Part shown: one piece after another, positions 16,165 to 25,720 of the stretch | Layout: each line of letters begins with the position of its first letter | Position numbering within the stretch: the first letter of the stretch is position 1 | DNA from: Candidatus Schekmanbacteria bacterium | GTDB lineage: Bacteria; CSSED10-310; JACPHN01 | Length of the DNA: 64,000 bases | Assembly: GCA_016188575.1 (NCBI GenBank) | Contig: JACPHN010000228.1 | Location: forward strand, 35,961 to 99,960 | Direction: 5' to 3' | The notes under the pieces: generated by a model | The model's input: only the letters and a program-made list of their open reading frames with translations | The model's database searches: none | Told to the model about the DNA's origin: nothing | Program-made: the position numbers and the translations under genes

Positions 16165-17823
16165 TCATTCTTGCTGCCACTGCCGCGACAGCGCCACGAT
16201 TTCCTGGTACGTCAGGATCTCGCGGGTCTTGCGCTCGTCGCACCAACCGAGCAAGCTTGCCATCCGGGAAGCCACCTTGTCGACGGCCGCCAGGCCCTGA
16301 TCCTTGTCACGAAGGAAAAGCTGCGTGCGCCGTTCCATGACGTCCCGAACGGTCTGCGCCAGCTCCAGCTTCACCGCCCAGTCGACCAGGCCGAGCACCT
16401 CGGGCCTTCCCGGCACCAGCGGCTCTCGCAGGCTATCGTCGCTAGCGAGCAGGCGCGCGATTTCCACCCCCCGCATCCCGTAGCGTTCGATGAGATGGCG
16501 GGCGACCGAGCGTGGGACGGTGCCCATGGAGGCTTCTACCGCCTGCGCGGCAATGGTGTCAAAATCGTCGTCGTCCGGCCAACCCACGGCCCCCGGCAGA
16601 GGCCGGCGGCCGGTGTTGGCGTCCTTGACGTCCTCGGGCATCTTCCCGAGAATGGCCATCATTTCGAGCGCTCGGGTGACCAGCTCGGCGGCCATGCGCC
16701 GGTAGGTCGTCAGCTTGCCGCCGGCGATCGTGATGAGGCCATCCGGGTCGACGGTGATCTCGTGCTCGCGCGACACGGACGACGCGGAAACGCCGTCGGC
16801 TCCGATGAGCGGGCGGACACCGCTCCACGTCGCAATCACGTCGCCGGGCGCCAGCTTCGAGTCGGGGAAGTAGGCGTTCATCGCATTCAGAAGGTAGTCC
16901 ACGTCGGCTCGGGTCGCCGAGACCTTGCCAGGGTCGCCCGAGAAGTCGGTATCCGTGGTGCCGACGATGGTTCGATCGCCCCACGGAATCGCGAACAGGA
17001 CTCGGTCGTCGTGCGGGTGGTTGCAGACGATGGCATGGCGGACCGGCAAGCGCTCTGCCTCAAGCACCAGATGGACGCCCTTGGTAGGCCGCAGCAGCGC
17101 CTCACCCCCGAGCCCCAGTGCCCGCGTCCGATCGACCCACGGTCCCGTGGCGTTGATGACCACCGTGGCATTGACGTCGACCTCGTCGTCCCCGAGCACG
17201 TCGCGCACGCGCGCGCCGACGACTCGACCCACACTGTCGCGCAACAGACCCGTCACCCGCGCATAGGTCGCCACGGCGGCACCCTGTGAACGGGCATCGA
17301 GAACGGTCTCGAGCGTCAGCCGCGCATCATCGGTCTGGCAGTCGTAGTAGAGGGGAGCTCCCTTCAGCTCGGTGCGGCCAAGCGGCGGGACTTCCTTTGC
17401 CACCTCGTCCGGGGTGAGGATCCGGTGTCGTTTGGGAGACCGAAACAGAGACAGCCCATCGTACAACCACAGACCGGCCTGCAGGACCCGCATGCCGAAC
17501 CGCGAATGTGCGTACACCGGGAAGATGAATCCGAGCGGGCGCACCAGATGCGGCGCGATATTCATGAGCGTGCGCCGCTCGCTCACGGCCTCGAACACGA
17601 GCGAGAATTCGCGTTGCTCGAGGTACCGCAGGCCGCCGTGCACCAGCTTCGAGCTGCGCGACGACGTGCCGTAGGCGATGTCTTGCGCCTCGACGAGCGC
17701 GACTTTCAGACCGCGCCGCGCCGCATCCCGCGCCGCGCCACACCCCGTGATCCCACCGCCGATGACGAGCAGGTCGTACCGGTCTCCCGCGAACTGTGAC
17801 AATCGCCCCGCTGCTAAACCCAT
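16165..17823 (-). CDS. glpD: FAD-dependent glycerol-3-phosphate dehydrogenase
   Basis: The N-terminal FAD-binding motif is DLLVIGGGITGCGAARDAARRGLKVALVE. Its 552-aa length and conserved blocks are typical of GlpD/GlpA. Confidence 0.85.
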   Translation of the reverse strand: MGLAAGRLSQFAGDRYDLLVIGGGITGCGAARDAARRGLKVALVEAQDIAYGTSSRSSKLVHGGLRYLEQREFSLVFEAVSERRTLMNIAPHLVRPLGFIFPVYAHSRFGMRVLQAGLWLYDGLSLFRSPKRHRILTPDEVAKEVPPLGRTELKGAPLYYDCQTDDARLTLETVLDARSQGAAVATYARVTGLLRDSVGRVVGARVRDVLGDDEVDVNATVVINATGPWVDRTRALGLGGEALLRPTKGVHLVLEAERLPVRHAIVCNHPHDDRVLFAIPWGDRTIVGTTDTDFSGDPGKVSATRADVDYLLNAMNAYFPDSKLAPGDVIATWSGVRPLIGADGVSASSVSREHEITVDPDGLITIAGGKLTTYRRMAAELVTRALEMMAILGKMPEDVKDANTGRRPLPGAVGWPDDDDFDTIAAQAVEASMGTVPRSVARHLIERYGMRGVEIARLLASDDSLREPLVPGRPEVLGLVDWAVKLELAQTVRDVMERRTQLFLRDKDQGLAAVDKVASRMASLLGWCDERKTREILTYQEIVALSRQWQQE

Positions 17824-18311
17824 CCTTGGATAGTCCTTCCTGCAGATACCGTGATGCGCTGTTGCCGCTCGTGTACACCCTATTCGAGACCGCCGTCGCC
17901 GCTTTCGCGCAATCGTCGTCTACCACAATGCAACGCGGGGTTCTCTCGGGAGCTTCTCAAAGACGAAACTGTACCGCGCCCGCCGTTCTCGCTGCAACCC
18001 GCAGCTCCCGGCGCCTCCGAGCGCGCTTCAGAACAGGCGCGCCAGGAGCTCCCGCACCTGTCCCCGCCGGAGCAACGCGATGGCCACCCGGATTCTCCTT
18101 CCGGTACTGGCGACGCCCCGGGCAACTGCCAGAATCCCGGGCGCCGCATGGCGAATCCACGCCCCGCACAGCTCGCCAATCCATGGCGGCCCATCGCCAT
18201 CGCGGTCAGACCTTTCCACCCGCGCCAGCCGGCGCACCAGGACGATGAGCGCCAGATCTCTTGCCGTGCAGGAGCCGAGATCTTCCGTCGAGCGGTGTCG
18301 CTTCCGCACGC

Positions 18312-20387
18312 TCACCGCCGCCTCACCAGATCAACAAGGCGCAGCAACGCCTGCAGCGGCACTCCGCCATACTTGCTCAGTGCCCCATACCGCCAGTGCG
18401 CGCCGCGAACGTGGCGAAGCACCTCGCGCAAGTGCCATATCGGCGGGCCATGAGGCACGGTCGCCAGATCCATCAGATCGCTGCTTCCGAAGTCCTCGCA
18501 GTGGTTGAGGCGCGTGAGCATGGCGACTTCTTCCCGGCGAGGATAGGCGATCGCCCGTTCGAGCATGGCGACAACGAACGGTTTGAGATCCGCGAACCCG
18601 TACCCCGTCAGCAGGCAGGCACGAGCGAAAACCGGGACAAAGGCGAGCACGCCCTGTTGAATCGCACCGATCATGGCGTTGCTCAGGCGCTCGCTACCAC
18701 GCTCGGGAGCGTCCTCGGCTTTCAAGATCGGCACTACCCCGCCCCCGTTGTCGGCGCGGCGATATCCAATTGTCGTGGCCTCCGGTGAGCGCGCGCTCTC
18801 TTCGAACAGCTCTTCGTAGTGCACGCAAACTCTCTCCACCGGCTCCCCGCGCCGAGCGTCGAATAGCAGACCTTCGACCTCGTTGCCGCTGCCGAACCGA
18901 TAGGGAATACCACCTGAGAAGGCGAGATAATACCCCTGGAGGCGTGGGCAGTCGGCGCGCTGCCGAAACGTTCGCCAGAGCGCCTGCTGAATCGTTCCGT
19001 TCCAACCGATGTCCACCAGAGCGACTGCGGACTGACCGAAGAATCCCTCTTGCCCGAGATACTCGGCCAGAAGCTCCCGCGGCGCTGCCGCCTGCTGCTG
19101 CACCCGTCTCTGCACCCGATCATCGCGAAGAAAGGCGTCAAATCTGACATCTCTGGGATCATCGAGTGGCACCGTCAGGTCGGCCATGCCGTGCTCGGCG
19201 GCCAGCCCGGCGAGCAGCGCGTCGGGGAGCCCAAACGCCTTGAACACGCTTTGCAGGCCCCGTTGCCGCGGATTGTTGAAAGGCACGATCGCATCCTCAT
19301 AGGACAGGCCGAACGCGGCCAGGGCTGTGCTCGCGGTCTGCCGAGACACGTACAGGTAGGAGGTCTCCGGTGGTGCACTGGCCGCGAGCTTCGGCCAGAG
19401 CTCCGTGAAAACCCGATAGGGGAGATACCCATCCCGCGATGGGAAAAACAGCTTCGCGACGGGGGCGCGCTGCAGTCGCTCGATCACGCCAAGGGTGAAG
19501 GCGCAATACACGGGTCCGAGCACCTCCCAACCATAGCGCGCGTAGGCATTGTCCGGGCGGGCGCCGTCCGGCTCGTTCTCGGCGATCGACAGACACACCT
19601 CCAGCAGATGCCGCCCGCGCCAGAATCGGCGAGGCCGCCCGAGCTCGCCATAGAAGGCCAGGCGATCTCGCCGGCGAATGTCCGGAGGGTCGCGGAAAAG
19701 GTGCGCGCGGATCCCGAGTCGAGCTGGAGCGCGGGCGTCCGCCTCCGGATTGTCGCCGACGTGCGCGATCTCGCTCGGCGCCACGCCCAGGTCCGCAACG
19801 ATTCTCCAGAACAGCCGCCCCGAATACTTGCCTGCTCCGTGGTCGCCGGAAACATAGAAGTGATCAAACAGGTGCTCGATTCCCTTGTCACGGAAGATCG
19901 CGCGCAGGAGAGCTTCGCCGAGATACATGTCGGAGGTGGCGATGATCGTCTTGCCCCGTTCGCGAAGCCGCTCGATCACGGACCGTATTCCTGGGCGGAC
20001 CGCGCACACTGCGAGCTCCAGGCTCAGCTCGGTCCGTTGGATCAGCTCTTCAACGGGCCGGTGGCCTGCGGTGACGAGTTGCCGAGCCCACACGTAGGCA
20101 AGCTCGTCGAGGCGGAACTCCGGATCTCGTCCGGCGTTCTTGGCCAGCTCGCGCAAGGAGCGCTCGAGCACGTCGCGCCTGGCTGCCTGCTCGGCGCCTT
20201 TGGCCGCGCCCCCAACCGCGGCGGTCACGACCTCGGCGACGCGGCGCTTGACGGCGGCCGGGGGCTCCACGTGGCGGATGAGCACGGTATCGAAGATGTC
20301 AAAGGAGATGACCCGCACGGACCGCGGCAGTCGCGATCCGAACCGCGCGACCGCGGCGACGCCAGAAGCTCGAAGTGAGAGCGCCAT
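18312..20387 (-). CDS. HAD-like hydrolase-fold N-terminal domain protein with a large C-terminal domain of unknown function (691 aa)
   Basis: VISFDIFDTVLIRH is motif-I-like, and ...KTIIATSD... and VGDNPEADARAP are further HAD-like motifs. It is the last gene of a four-gene minus-strand operon, with a 31-nt gap after the SDR gene. Confidence 0.65.
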   Translation of the reverse strand: MALSLRASGVAAVARFGSRLPRSVRVISFDIFDTVLIRHVEPPAAVKRRVAEVVTAAVGGAAKGAEQAARRDVLERSLRELAKNAGRDPEFRLDELAYVWARQLVTAGHRPVEELIQRTELSLELAVCAVRPGIRSVIERLRERGKTIIATSDMYLGEALLRAIFRDKGIEHLFDHFYVSGDHGAGKYSGRLFWRIVADLGVAPSEIAHVGDNPEADARAPARLGIRAHLFRDPPDIRRRDRLAFYGELGRPRRFWRGRHLLEVCLSIAENEPDGARPDNAYARYGWEVLGPVYCAFTLGVIERLQRAPVAKLFFPSRDGYLPYRVFTELWPKLAASAPPETSYLYVSRQTASTALAAFGLSYEDAIVPFNNPRQRGLQSVFKAFGLPDALLAGLAAEHGMADLTVPLDDPRDVRFDAFLRDDRVQRRVQQQAAAPRELLAEYLGQEGFFGQSAVALVDIGWNGTIQQALWRTFRQRADCPRLQGYYLAFSGGIPYRFGSGNEVEGLLFDARRGEPVERVCVHYEELFEESARSPEATTIGYRRADNGGGVVPILKAEDAPERGSERLSNAMIGAIQQGVLAFVPVFARACLLTGYGFADLKPFVVAMLERAIAYPRREEVAMLTRLNHCEDFGSSDLMDLATVPHGPPIWHLREVLRHVRGAHWRYGALSKYGGVPLQALLRLVDLVRRR

Positions 20388-20418
20388 CGGCTCGGTATCC
20401 CCGGGCGCGGCCGGCCGC

Positions 20419-21477
20419 CTACGGCTGAATGCCGCGCTCGCGCATCCATGCGAGGCTTCGGCGCATGCCCTCCGCGAGCGACACTTTCGGCTCGTAGCCG
20501 AGCTCCCGCCGCGCTCGCTCCACGGAGCAGGCGATGTTCTTGTTCATCTCGGACAGCACGTGGAGCTCCGGCGAGTAAAAGCCAGCGTTTTGAAGGATCT
20601 TGTCCGCGAGGTACGCTGCGGCGCTGGCGGCGCCCGGCAGGCGCACGCGGCGATGCTTGCACTGAATCCCGAAATCATGTTCCATGACGCCCTCGATCGT
20701 GTCCACGATTTCGTTCATCGTGTAGGGGTTGCGGTCAGCAATCCAGTAGGTTCGGCCGGACGCCTTCTCGACACGCTCGCCCAGCAATAATCCCTGGCAA
20801 ATGTTGTCCACGTACGCCATGGAGCGGCGGTTTTCTCCATCGCCGACGATGGGCACCCGGCCCGTCTTGATCATCGTGAAGAAGCGCGTCTGCCGGGCCG
20901 GCTGGTGTGGGCCGTAGAACCATGGCGGCCGGATGATGACCGCTTCGAGCTCACCCGAGGCACCGGCGCGGTTCACAATGTCTTCAGCGCGCCGCTTGCT
21001 GAGCCCGTAACCCATGTAAGGGTTGTAGGGAGAACCTTCGTCGAAGACGTGCCGGTTAGAGGCGTTGGTGCCGATGGGTGAGTTCGAGGACACGTGGACA
21101 AGACGCCGCACGCCTGCGCGCGCGGCAGCAGTTACCACGTTTTCTGTCCCTCGGACATTGACCTCGAAAAGCTCTTGGGTGCGGCGGCGCGGGTGAATCA
21201 CGCCGGCCGTATGAAACAGGGTCCCGCCCGCTGCCGCGGCGAAAAAATCGCGCAACGACGAGGGATTCCTGACGTCACCTGGGTGGATGTGCACGGCTCC
21301 ACCGAGTTGCTCGAGCTCGGACGTGTCGGAGGAAGGCAGGACCAGGCAGCGGACCGTGCGCGGTGGCTGCGGAGCCGGAAAGCGCGCGTCGTCTGCAAGT
21401 CCGCTCACCAGCGCGCGCACCAGACGAATGCCCAGCCAGCCGTTTGCGCCGGTCACCAAGGCTACGGGCTCGGTCAT
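20419..21477 (-). CDS. NAD-dependent epimerase/dehydratase (extended SDR)
   Basis: VALVTGANGWLGIRL is the Rossmann motif and YGLSK is the catalytic YxxxK. The start MTEPV has a GGAGG site 6 nt upstream, and its ATG overlaps the GMC gene stop as ATGA. Confidence 0.85.
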   Translation of the reverse strand: MTEPVALVTGANGWLGIRLVRALVSGLADDARFPAPQPPRTVRCLVLPSSDTSELEQLGGAVHIHPGDVRNPSSLRDFFAAAAGGTLFHTAGVIHPRRRTQELFEVNVRGTENVVTAAARAGVRRLVHVSSNSPIGTNASNRHVFDEGSPYNPYMGYGLSKRRAEDIVNRAGASGELEAVIIRPPWFYGPHQPARQTRFFTMIKTGRVPIVGDGENRRSMAYVDNICQGLLLGERVEKASGRTYWIADRNPYTMNEIVDTIEGVMEHDFGIQCKHRRVRLPGAASAAAYLADKILQNAGFYSPELHVLSEMNKNIACSVERARRELGYEPKVSLAEGMRRSLAWMRERGIQP

Positions 21478-22934
21478 GGGTTTTCCTCCAAGAAGCGAAC
21501 GACGTTGCGTCTGGCGAGTGCCATCACGGCTCCCTGTGGGTTCACACCCGGTGAGTCCGGCAGCATGCTCGCGTCGTTGATGTACAGATTCTCGAACCCG
21601 CGCACCTTGCCGAAGGAATTCGCCGCGCAGCGGTCCTCGCGCTCGCCGATGGGGCAAGAGGAAAACGCGTGCACCGTTCCGAGGCTCAGACTCGCGGGCA
21701 CAAGCCGCTCATCCAACCACCGCACGGCCTCGACCTCCGAGCGGATCGCCGGCAGGCCCTGCACGCAAGGGAGCACCTCGATCGCGCCCGCGGCGAGAAG
21801 CACCTCGGACAGCCGCGCCAACCCGCGCGACAGGTGGAGGATGTCGATGTCGGAAAGGTCATAGCGCAAATTTGCGCCATCCGGGTCAACTCGAGAAGGT
21901 CGCACCATTCCCGCCCCAGTTCCTTTCACCGCCACATAATAGCTGGCCATGCAATCCGCATGGCGCATGAGGTCGCGGTTCGCGAGCCAGTTGTCGCTGA
22001 GCAGCATGGCCAGGTGACCAGTGGAGAAGAAGGCGCCGCCGAGCGAGATTTCGGGCCAGAACTCCTTGATTTGAATGAGCGGCACGGGCGACACGCGCCC
22101 CCCGACCGGCTCCGGAAAGCGGGCAGCCACTTTGAGCATTGGATGCACCCGCAGCGTGTCGCCGATGTGGAGCTTGACGCCGCTGCGGCGCAGCAGTGCG
22201 GGTGTTTCTGTAGGGCCGCAGCACACAAATACGTGCTCGCCGAGGATGCGCACGAGCTCCACGACTCCGTCAGCGCGGCTAAATCGCGCGAGAACTCCGT
22301 CGACCCGTGCGCCGCGGCGCAGGAGATGGGTCACGCGGCAGTTGGAGATGAGCCTCGCGCCAGCCGCCCGGGCGCGCGCCAGGACTGTCGAGCGCACGCC
22401 GGCGGTCGGACCGCTCGCATCCCCCTGCGCCGGGTCCCGCGGGTCCGGTCGCGTCAGCGGAGCGCGCGGCACCTCCTGGTAGGACCACCCCATTGCGGCG
22501 ATCCCCCGCGCCAGCGCCGCGGTGCTGCCGGGCCACGGGCGCTTGCTGAGGCCGACGCCGAGCGCTGCTTCCGCCCACTCGTAATGCGGCTCGAGCTCCT
22601 GCGGGCTGGCACCGTCGAGCTCGTAGCGCCCCTTCCAGCTCAACAGGACTTCCCTCGGGACGCGATGCCAAAAGCCGCTGTTGATTTCAGAGCTGCCCCC
22701 GACGCAGCAGCCTTCCACGTAGCCGATTGGAACGCGCCCCACAATCGGGGTCATGCCTCGCCGCCGGTACATGGCACCCATCATCTTGGGGCCATGCTGA
22801 TCAAAGGCTCCCGCGTCCAGGTCGTCTCCTTCTTCGACGACGACCACGTCGCGGCCGCTCGCAGCGAGCTCATGAGCCGTAATCGCTCCGCCGGCCCCCG
22901 ACCCGACGATCACCGCGAAAGGAATTGGCGTCAC
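21474..22934 (-). CDS. GMC-family FAD-dependent oxidoreductase
   Basis: FAVIVGSGAGGAITAHELA is an FAD Rossmann motif and NLYINDASMLP is the C-terminal GMC signature. The likely GTG start overlaps the upstream gene stop as GTGA. Confidence 0.8.
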   Translation of the reverse strand: MTPIPFAVIVGSGAGGAITAHELAASGRDVVVVEEGDDLDAGAFDQHGPKMMGAMYRRRGMTPIVGRVPIGYVEGCCVGGSSEINSGFWHRVPREVLLSWKGRYELDGASPQELEPHYEWAEAALGVGLSKRPWPGSTAALARGIAAMGWSYQEVPRAPLTRPDPRDPAQGDASGPTAGVRSTVLARARAAGARLISNCRVTHLLRRGARVDGVLARFSRADGVVELVRILGEHVFVCCGPTETPALLRRSGVKLHIGDTLRVHPMLKVAARFPEPVGGRVSPVPLIQIKEFWPEISLGGAFFSTGHLAMLLSDNWLANRDLMRHADCMASYYVAVKGTGAGMVRPSRVDPDGANLRYDLSDIDILHLSRGLARLSEVLLAAGAIEVLPCVQGLPAIRSEVEAVRWLDERLVPASLSLGTVHAFSSCPIGEREDRCAANSFGKVRGFENLYINDASMLPDSPGVNPQGAVMALARRNVVRFLEENP

Positions 22935-24433
22935 GACACGGCCCCCGTCACCACCGCGGTCCCCCGAGCGGTCGCCGGTGACGTGCCGTCGGCCAGCCGC
23001 CGCTGCACCTCGGGGTGATCATAGTAGGCCAGATACGCCACCGAGCGGATCGGTCTAAAGAGCTGTCTGGCAAGGCCAACGGGGCCAAACGCCCAAAGCT
23101 CGACTATGTCGCGCCGCACCCCGCTCGAAAGCTGCGCGAAGGGGGCGCGGGCGTGCACATAGGACACCGCGCAAAAGCACCAAATACCACCGCGAAACGC
23201 TACCCGCAGCCGCATTGGCAAGGCCTGTATCTGGCTTGCGCTGAATTCGAAAACGTCGGCGAGAATCTGCTCTCGCGCTTCGCTACCAACGCCGAGCTCC
23301 GCCGGATCGACGAGCGCCTCGATGATCGCGCGCAGGACTACATCTGCTCGTCGCGTCGAGAGGCGTCGGCGGGCGCTGCCGAGGACTTTCATGGGCGATT
23401 CCGGCTCGACCTCGATCGTTGGCGCTCGGCGACCCCCGTACGCGGCGACCAGGGTCGCGCCGACGCCGATTCCGTACCACACCATGACGAGCACACCCCA
23501 GATCGTAATCGGAATATAGAAGGTAAGATGGATGATGACCGCGCAGCCGAACGCCTTGGCCTGCTCCACGCCAAACAGCATCAGCGCCTGCATGGCAATA
23601 TAATGAAAAGTTCCGAAAAAGCCGGGGCTGGCAGGAATCAGAATACCCAAGTTGGTGACGGACATGACGAGCAGCGCCCACGCGGGGTGCGCGCCAAAGC
23701 CGAACGAGACCATTACAAAATAGAACATCGCGACTTCGAGTAGCCACACCGCGGTGCTCAGCACCCAGATTCGCCAGATGTTGTGCAGGCTGCGCAAGTA
23801 TGCCACGCCCTGAACCGCGGCAGTGGTGAACGACACGAAGCGATCTCGCCACTCGGGCTGCAGCCGCTGCGAGATGCCGAGCGCTTTCCCGAGCACATAC
23901 TGCGGAGCAACCACCGCCAGCGCTACGAACGCCGTCGCTACCCCGAACAGCACCGAGACCACCCAGATCGAGACATGCACCCAGGTTTGCTCCGGTGCAT
24001 ACGTGGCCGAGATGAGGAAAAACAGCAGAATCACCAGGCCGTCCAGGAGCCGTTCGACGAAGGTGATCGCAAGGGCGGTCGCCAGCGGCATGCCAGTTCT
24101 TTCGGTGAGCATGCTGGCGCGCACGAGCTCGCCGAGACGTGCCGGTAAAACGTTGTTGCCGGCGTAGCCGATGACGACGATGTTTGTGGCGGTACTGTTG
24201 GTGACTTGTGCCTGGCGACTTACCAGCAGGCGGCATCGCATGCCCCGCACGACGTATCCTGCCAGGCATGCGAGCGCTGCCAGCTCCAGCCACGGATGCG
24301 CGTTGACGTGCGAAAAAGCCTCGGCGACCTTGCTCAGGTCGAGACGGCGCGCTGCCAGGAAAAGGAAAAAGAAACTCAGGCCAATGCCGCCGAAAACAAG
24401 CGCAGCGTTGGCTCTCTGGATGGGTCTGGACAT
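22931..24433 (-). CDS. Polytopic inner-membrane protein (at least 8 predicted TM helices), possibly of the flippase-like / lysylphosphatidylglycerol-synthase-TM family, with a ~170-aa soluble C-terminal extension
   Basis: Hydrophobicity pattern read by eye. I placed the start at MSRPIQRANAALVFGGIGLSFFF (cat read at 24431-24433). It is the first gene of a four-gene operon. The family assignment is tentative. Confidence 0.6.
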   Translation of the reverse strand: MSRPIQRANAALVFGGIGLSFFFLFLAARRLDLSKVAEAFSHVNAHPWLELAALACLAGYVVRGMRCRLLVSRQAQVTNSTATNIVVIGYAGNNVLPARLGELVRASMLTERTGMPLATALAITFVERLLDGLVILLFFLISATYAPEQTWVHVSIWVVSVLFGVATAFVALAVVAPQYVLGKALGISQRLQPEWRDRFVSFTTAAVQGVAYLRSLHNIWRIWVLSTAVWLLEVAMFYFVMVSFGFGAHPAWALLVMSVTNLGILIPASPGFFGTFHYIAMQALMLFGVEQAKAFGCAVIIHLTFYIPITIWGVLVMVWYGIGVGATLVAAYGGRRAPTIEVEPESPMKVLGSARRRLSTRRADVVLRAIIEALVDPAELGVGSEAREQILADVFEFSASQIQALPMRLRVAFRGGIWCFCAVSYVHARAPFAQLSSGVRRDIVELWAFGPVGLARQLFRPIRSVAYLAYYDHPEVQRRLADGTSPATARGTAVVTGAVS

Positions 24434-24616
24434 TACTGGGGGATTCCTGTGCGAAAGTGAGGAGAACGGTAGCAAGGCGCTGGATCCGTGTCAAGTCGGG
24501 CGCGCCGCGCGCGCTCACAGGAGGCTCTTGAAAGCGTCGAGACGGGCCGCTAGACTCCGCGCGGCGCACCCGCGCTCTACCACTATCTGCTCTTCGGATT
24601 TTCTGGAGATGGGCTC

Positions 24617-25645
24617 GTGCACCACCTGATCACCGGCGGCTCCGGCTTCCTTGGAAACCTCATCGCCCGGCGCCTCCATGAGCGCGGCGAGCAGGTCCGT
24701 ATTCTGGACATCTGGGAGGACAAGTCTCGCCCAGCCGGCATCGAGCTCGTTCGCTGCGATATCCGCAATCGCGAGGGCGTGGCCAAGGCGATGCGGGGCA
24801 TCGATATCGTCCACCATAATGTGGCCCTCGTGCCGCTTACAAAATCAGGCTCTTCATTCTGGGATGTAAACGTCGAGGGCAGCCGCATTGCTGCCGAAGA
24901 GGCAGTGAAAGCTGGCGTCAAGAGCTTCGTGCAGATGAGCTCAAGCGCCCTCTTCGGCTGCCCGGAGCACTGCCCCATCACCAATGAGACCGCACCCAAA
25001 CCGGTAGAAATTTACGGGCGCGCGAAGCTTGCCGGCGAGCTCGCTGTGCGCGAGGTCTGCGAGCGAGCAGCACTGCCGCTGGTCGTGATCCGCCCGCGAA
25101 CGATCCTCGGCGAGGGGCGCTTCGGCATTTTTCAGATTCTCTTCGAGTGGATCCGCGAGGGAAGAGACGTTTACGTTATTGGCAATGGCGATATTCTTTT
25201 CCAGTTCGTGCATGCGCACGACCTGATGGACGCCTACATGCTTGCCCTCGACGCTGGACGATCGGGTATCTACAACGTCGGAACGGATCGCTTCGGCACC
25301 TTGCGTGAGGGGCTCGCGCACCTGATCGAGCACGCGGGCACCACGTCGCGGGTGCGCGGCCTTCCAGAGTCTCTGACAATAAACACCCTCAGAGTGCTTG
25401 ACTGGTTGCGGCTCAGCCCCCTTGCGCCCTGGCACTACCTGACGTATCACAAAGCGTTTTACTTTGACGTTTCCCCGCTGCTTGGTCTTGGATGGAAACC
25501 CCGGTACTCCAACGACGAGATGTTTCGGGAGTGTTACGACTGGTATCTGAAGAACAGCGACTTGGCCCGCGCTCCGAAGGATGCCTCGGCCCATCGTAGT
25601 CTTGTAAAGCAGCGTGTTCTGAAAATCGTGAAGTGGTTTTCGTGA
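24617..25645 (+). CDS. NAD-dependent epimerase/dehydratase (SDR), second copy, divergent from the membrane-protein operon
   Basis: HHLITGGSGFLGNLIARRL is the N-terminal motif and YGRAK is the YxxxK. The start is GTG, with GGAG 8 nt upstream. Confidence 0.8.
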   Translation: MHHLITGGSGFLGNLIARRLHERGEQVRILDIWEDKSRPAGIELVRCDIRNREGVAKAMRGIDIVHHNVALVPLTKSGSSFWDVNVEGSRIAAEEAVKAGVKSFVQMSSSALFGCPEHCPITNETAPKPVEIYGRAKLAGELAVREVCERAALPLVVIRPRTILGEGRFGIFQILFEWIREGRDVYVIGNGDILFQFVHAHDLMDAYMLALDAGRSGIYNVGTDRFGTLREGLAHLIEHAGTTSRVRGLPESLTINTLRVLDWLRLSPLAPWHYLTYHKAFYFDVSPLLGLGWKPRYSNDEMFRECYDWYLKNSDLARAPKDASAHRSLVKQRVLKIVKWFS

Positions 25646-25720
25646 TCTGGCGTATGCCTTCGTCAAGATGAGCTACCGAAAACGCTTCGTTTCATCGTCT
25701 GTCAGCCGCAGACTCAGAGC

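Noticed and set aside
16171-17289. 372-aa plus-strand ORF antisense to glpD
   Set aside because: glpD on the minus strand has the FAD motif and family-wide conservation. The antisense frame is an Arg/Gly-rich artefact.
19050-20378. 442-aa plus-strand ORF antisense to the HAD-like gene
   Set aside because: It lacks motifs. The sense frame has HAD-like motifs and operon coupling.
21669-23018. 449-aa plus-strand ORF antisense to the GMC oxidoreductase gene
   Set aside because: The GMC frame has the FAD Rossmann and NLYINDASMLP signatures. The antisense is Arg-rich.
23283-24569. 428-aa minus-strand alternative-frame ORF overlapping the membrane-protein gene
   Set aside because: The chosen frame gives regular TM helices. 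The alternative is Arg/Pro/Gly-rich.
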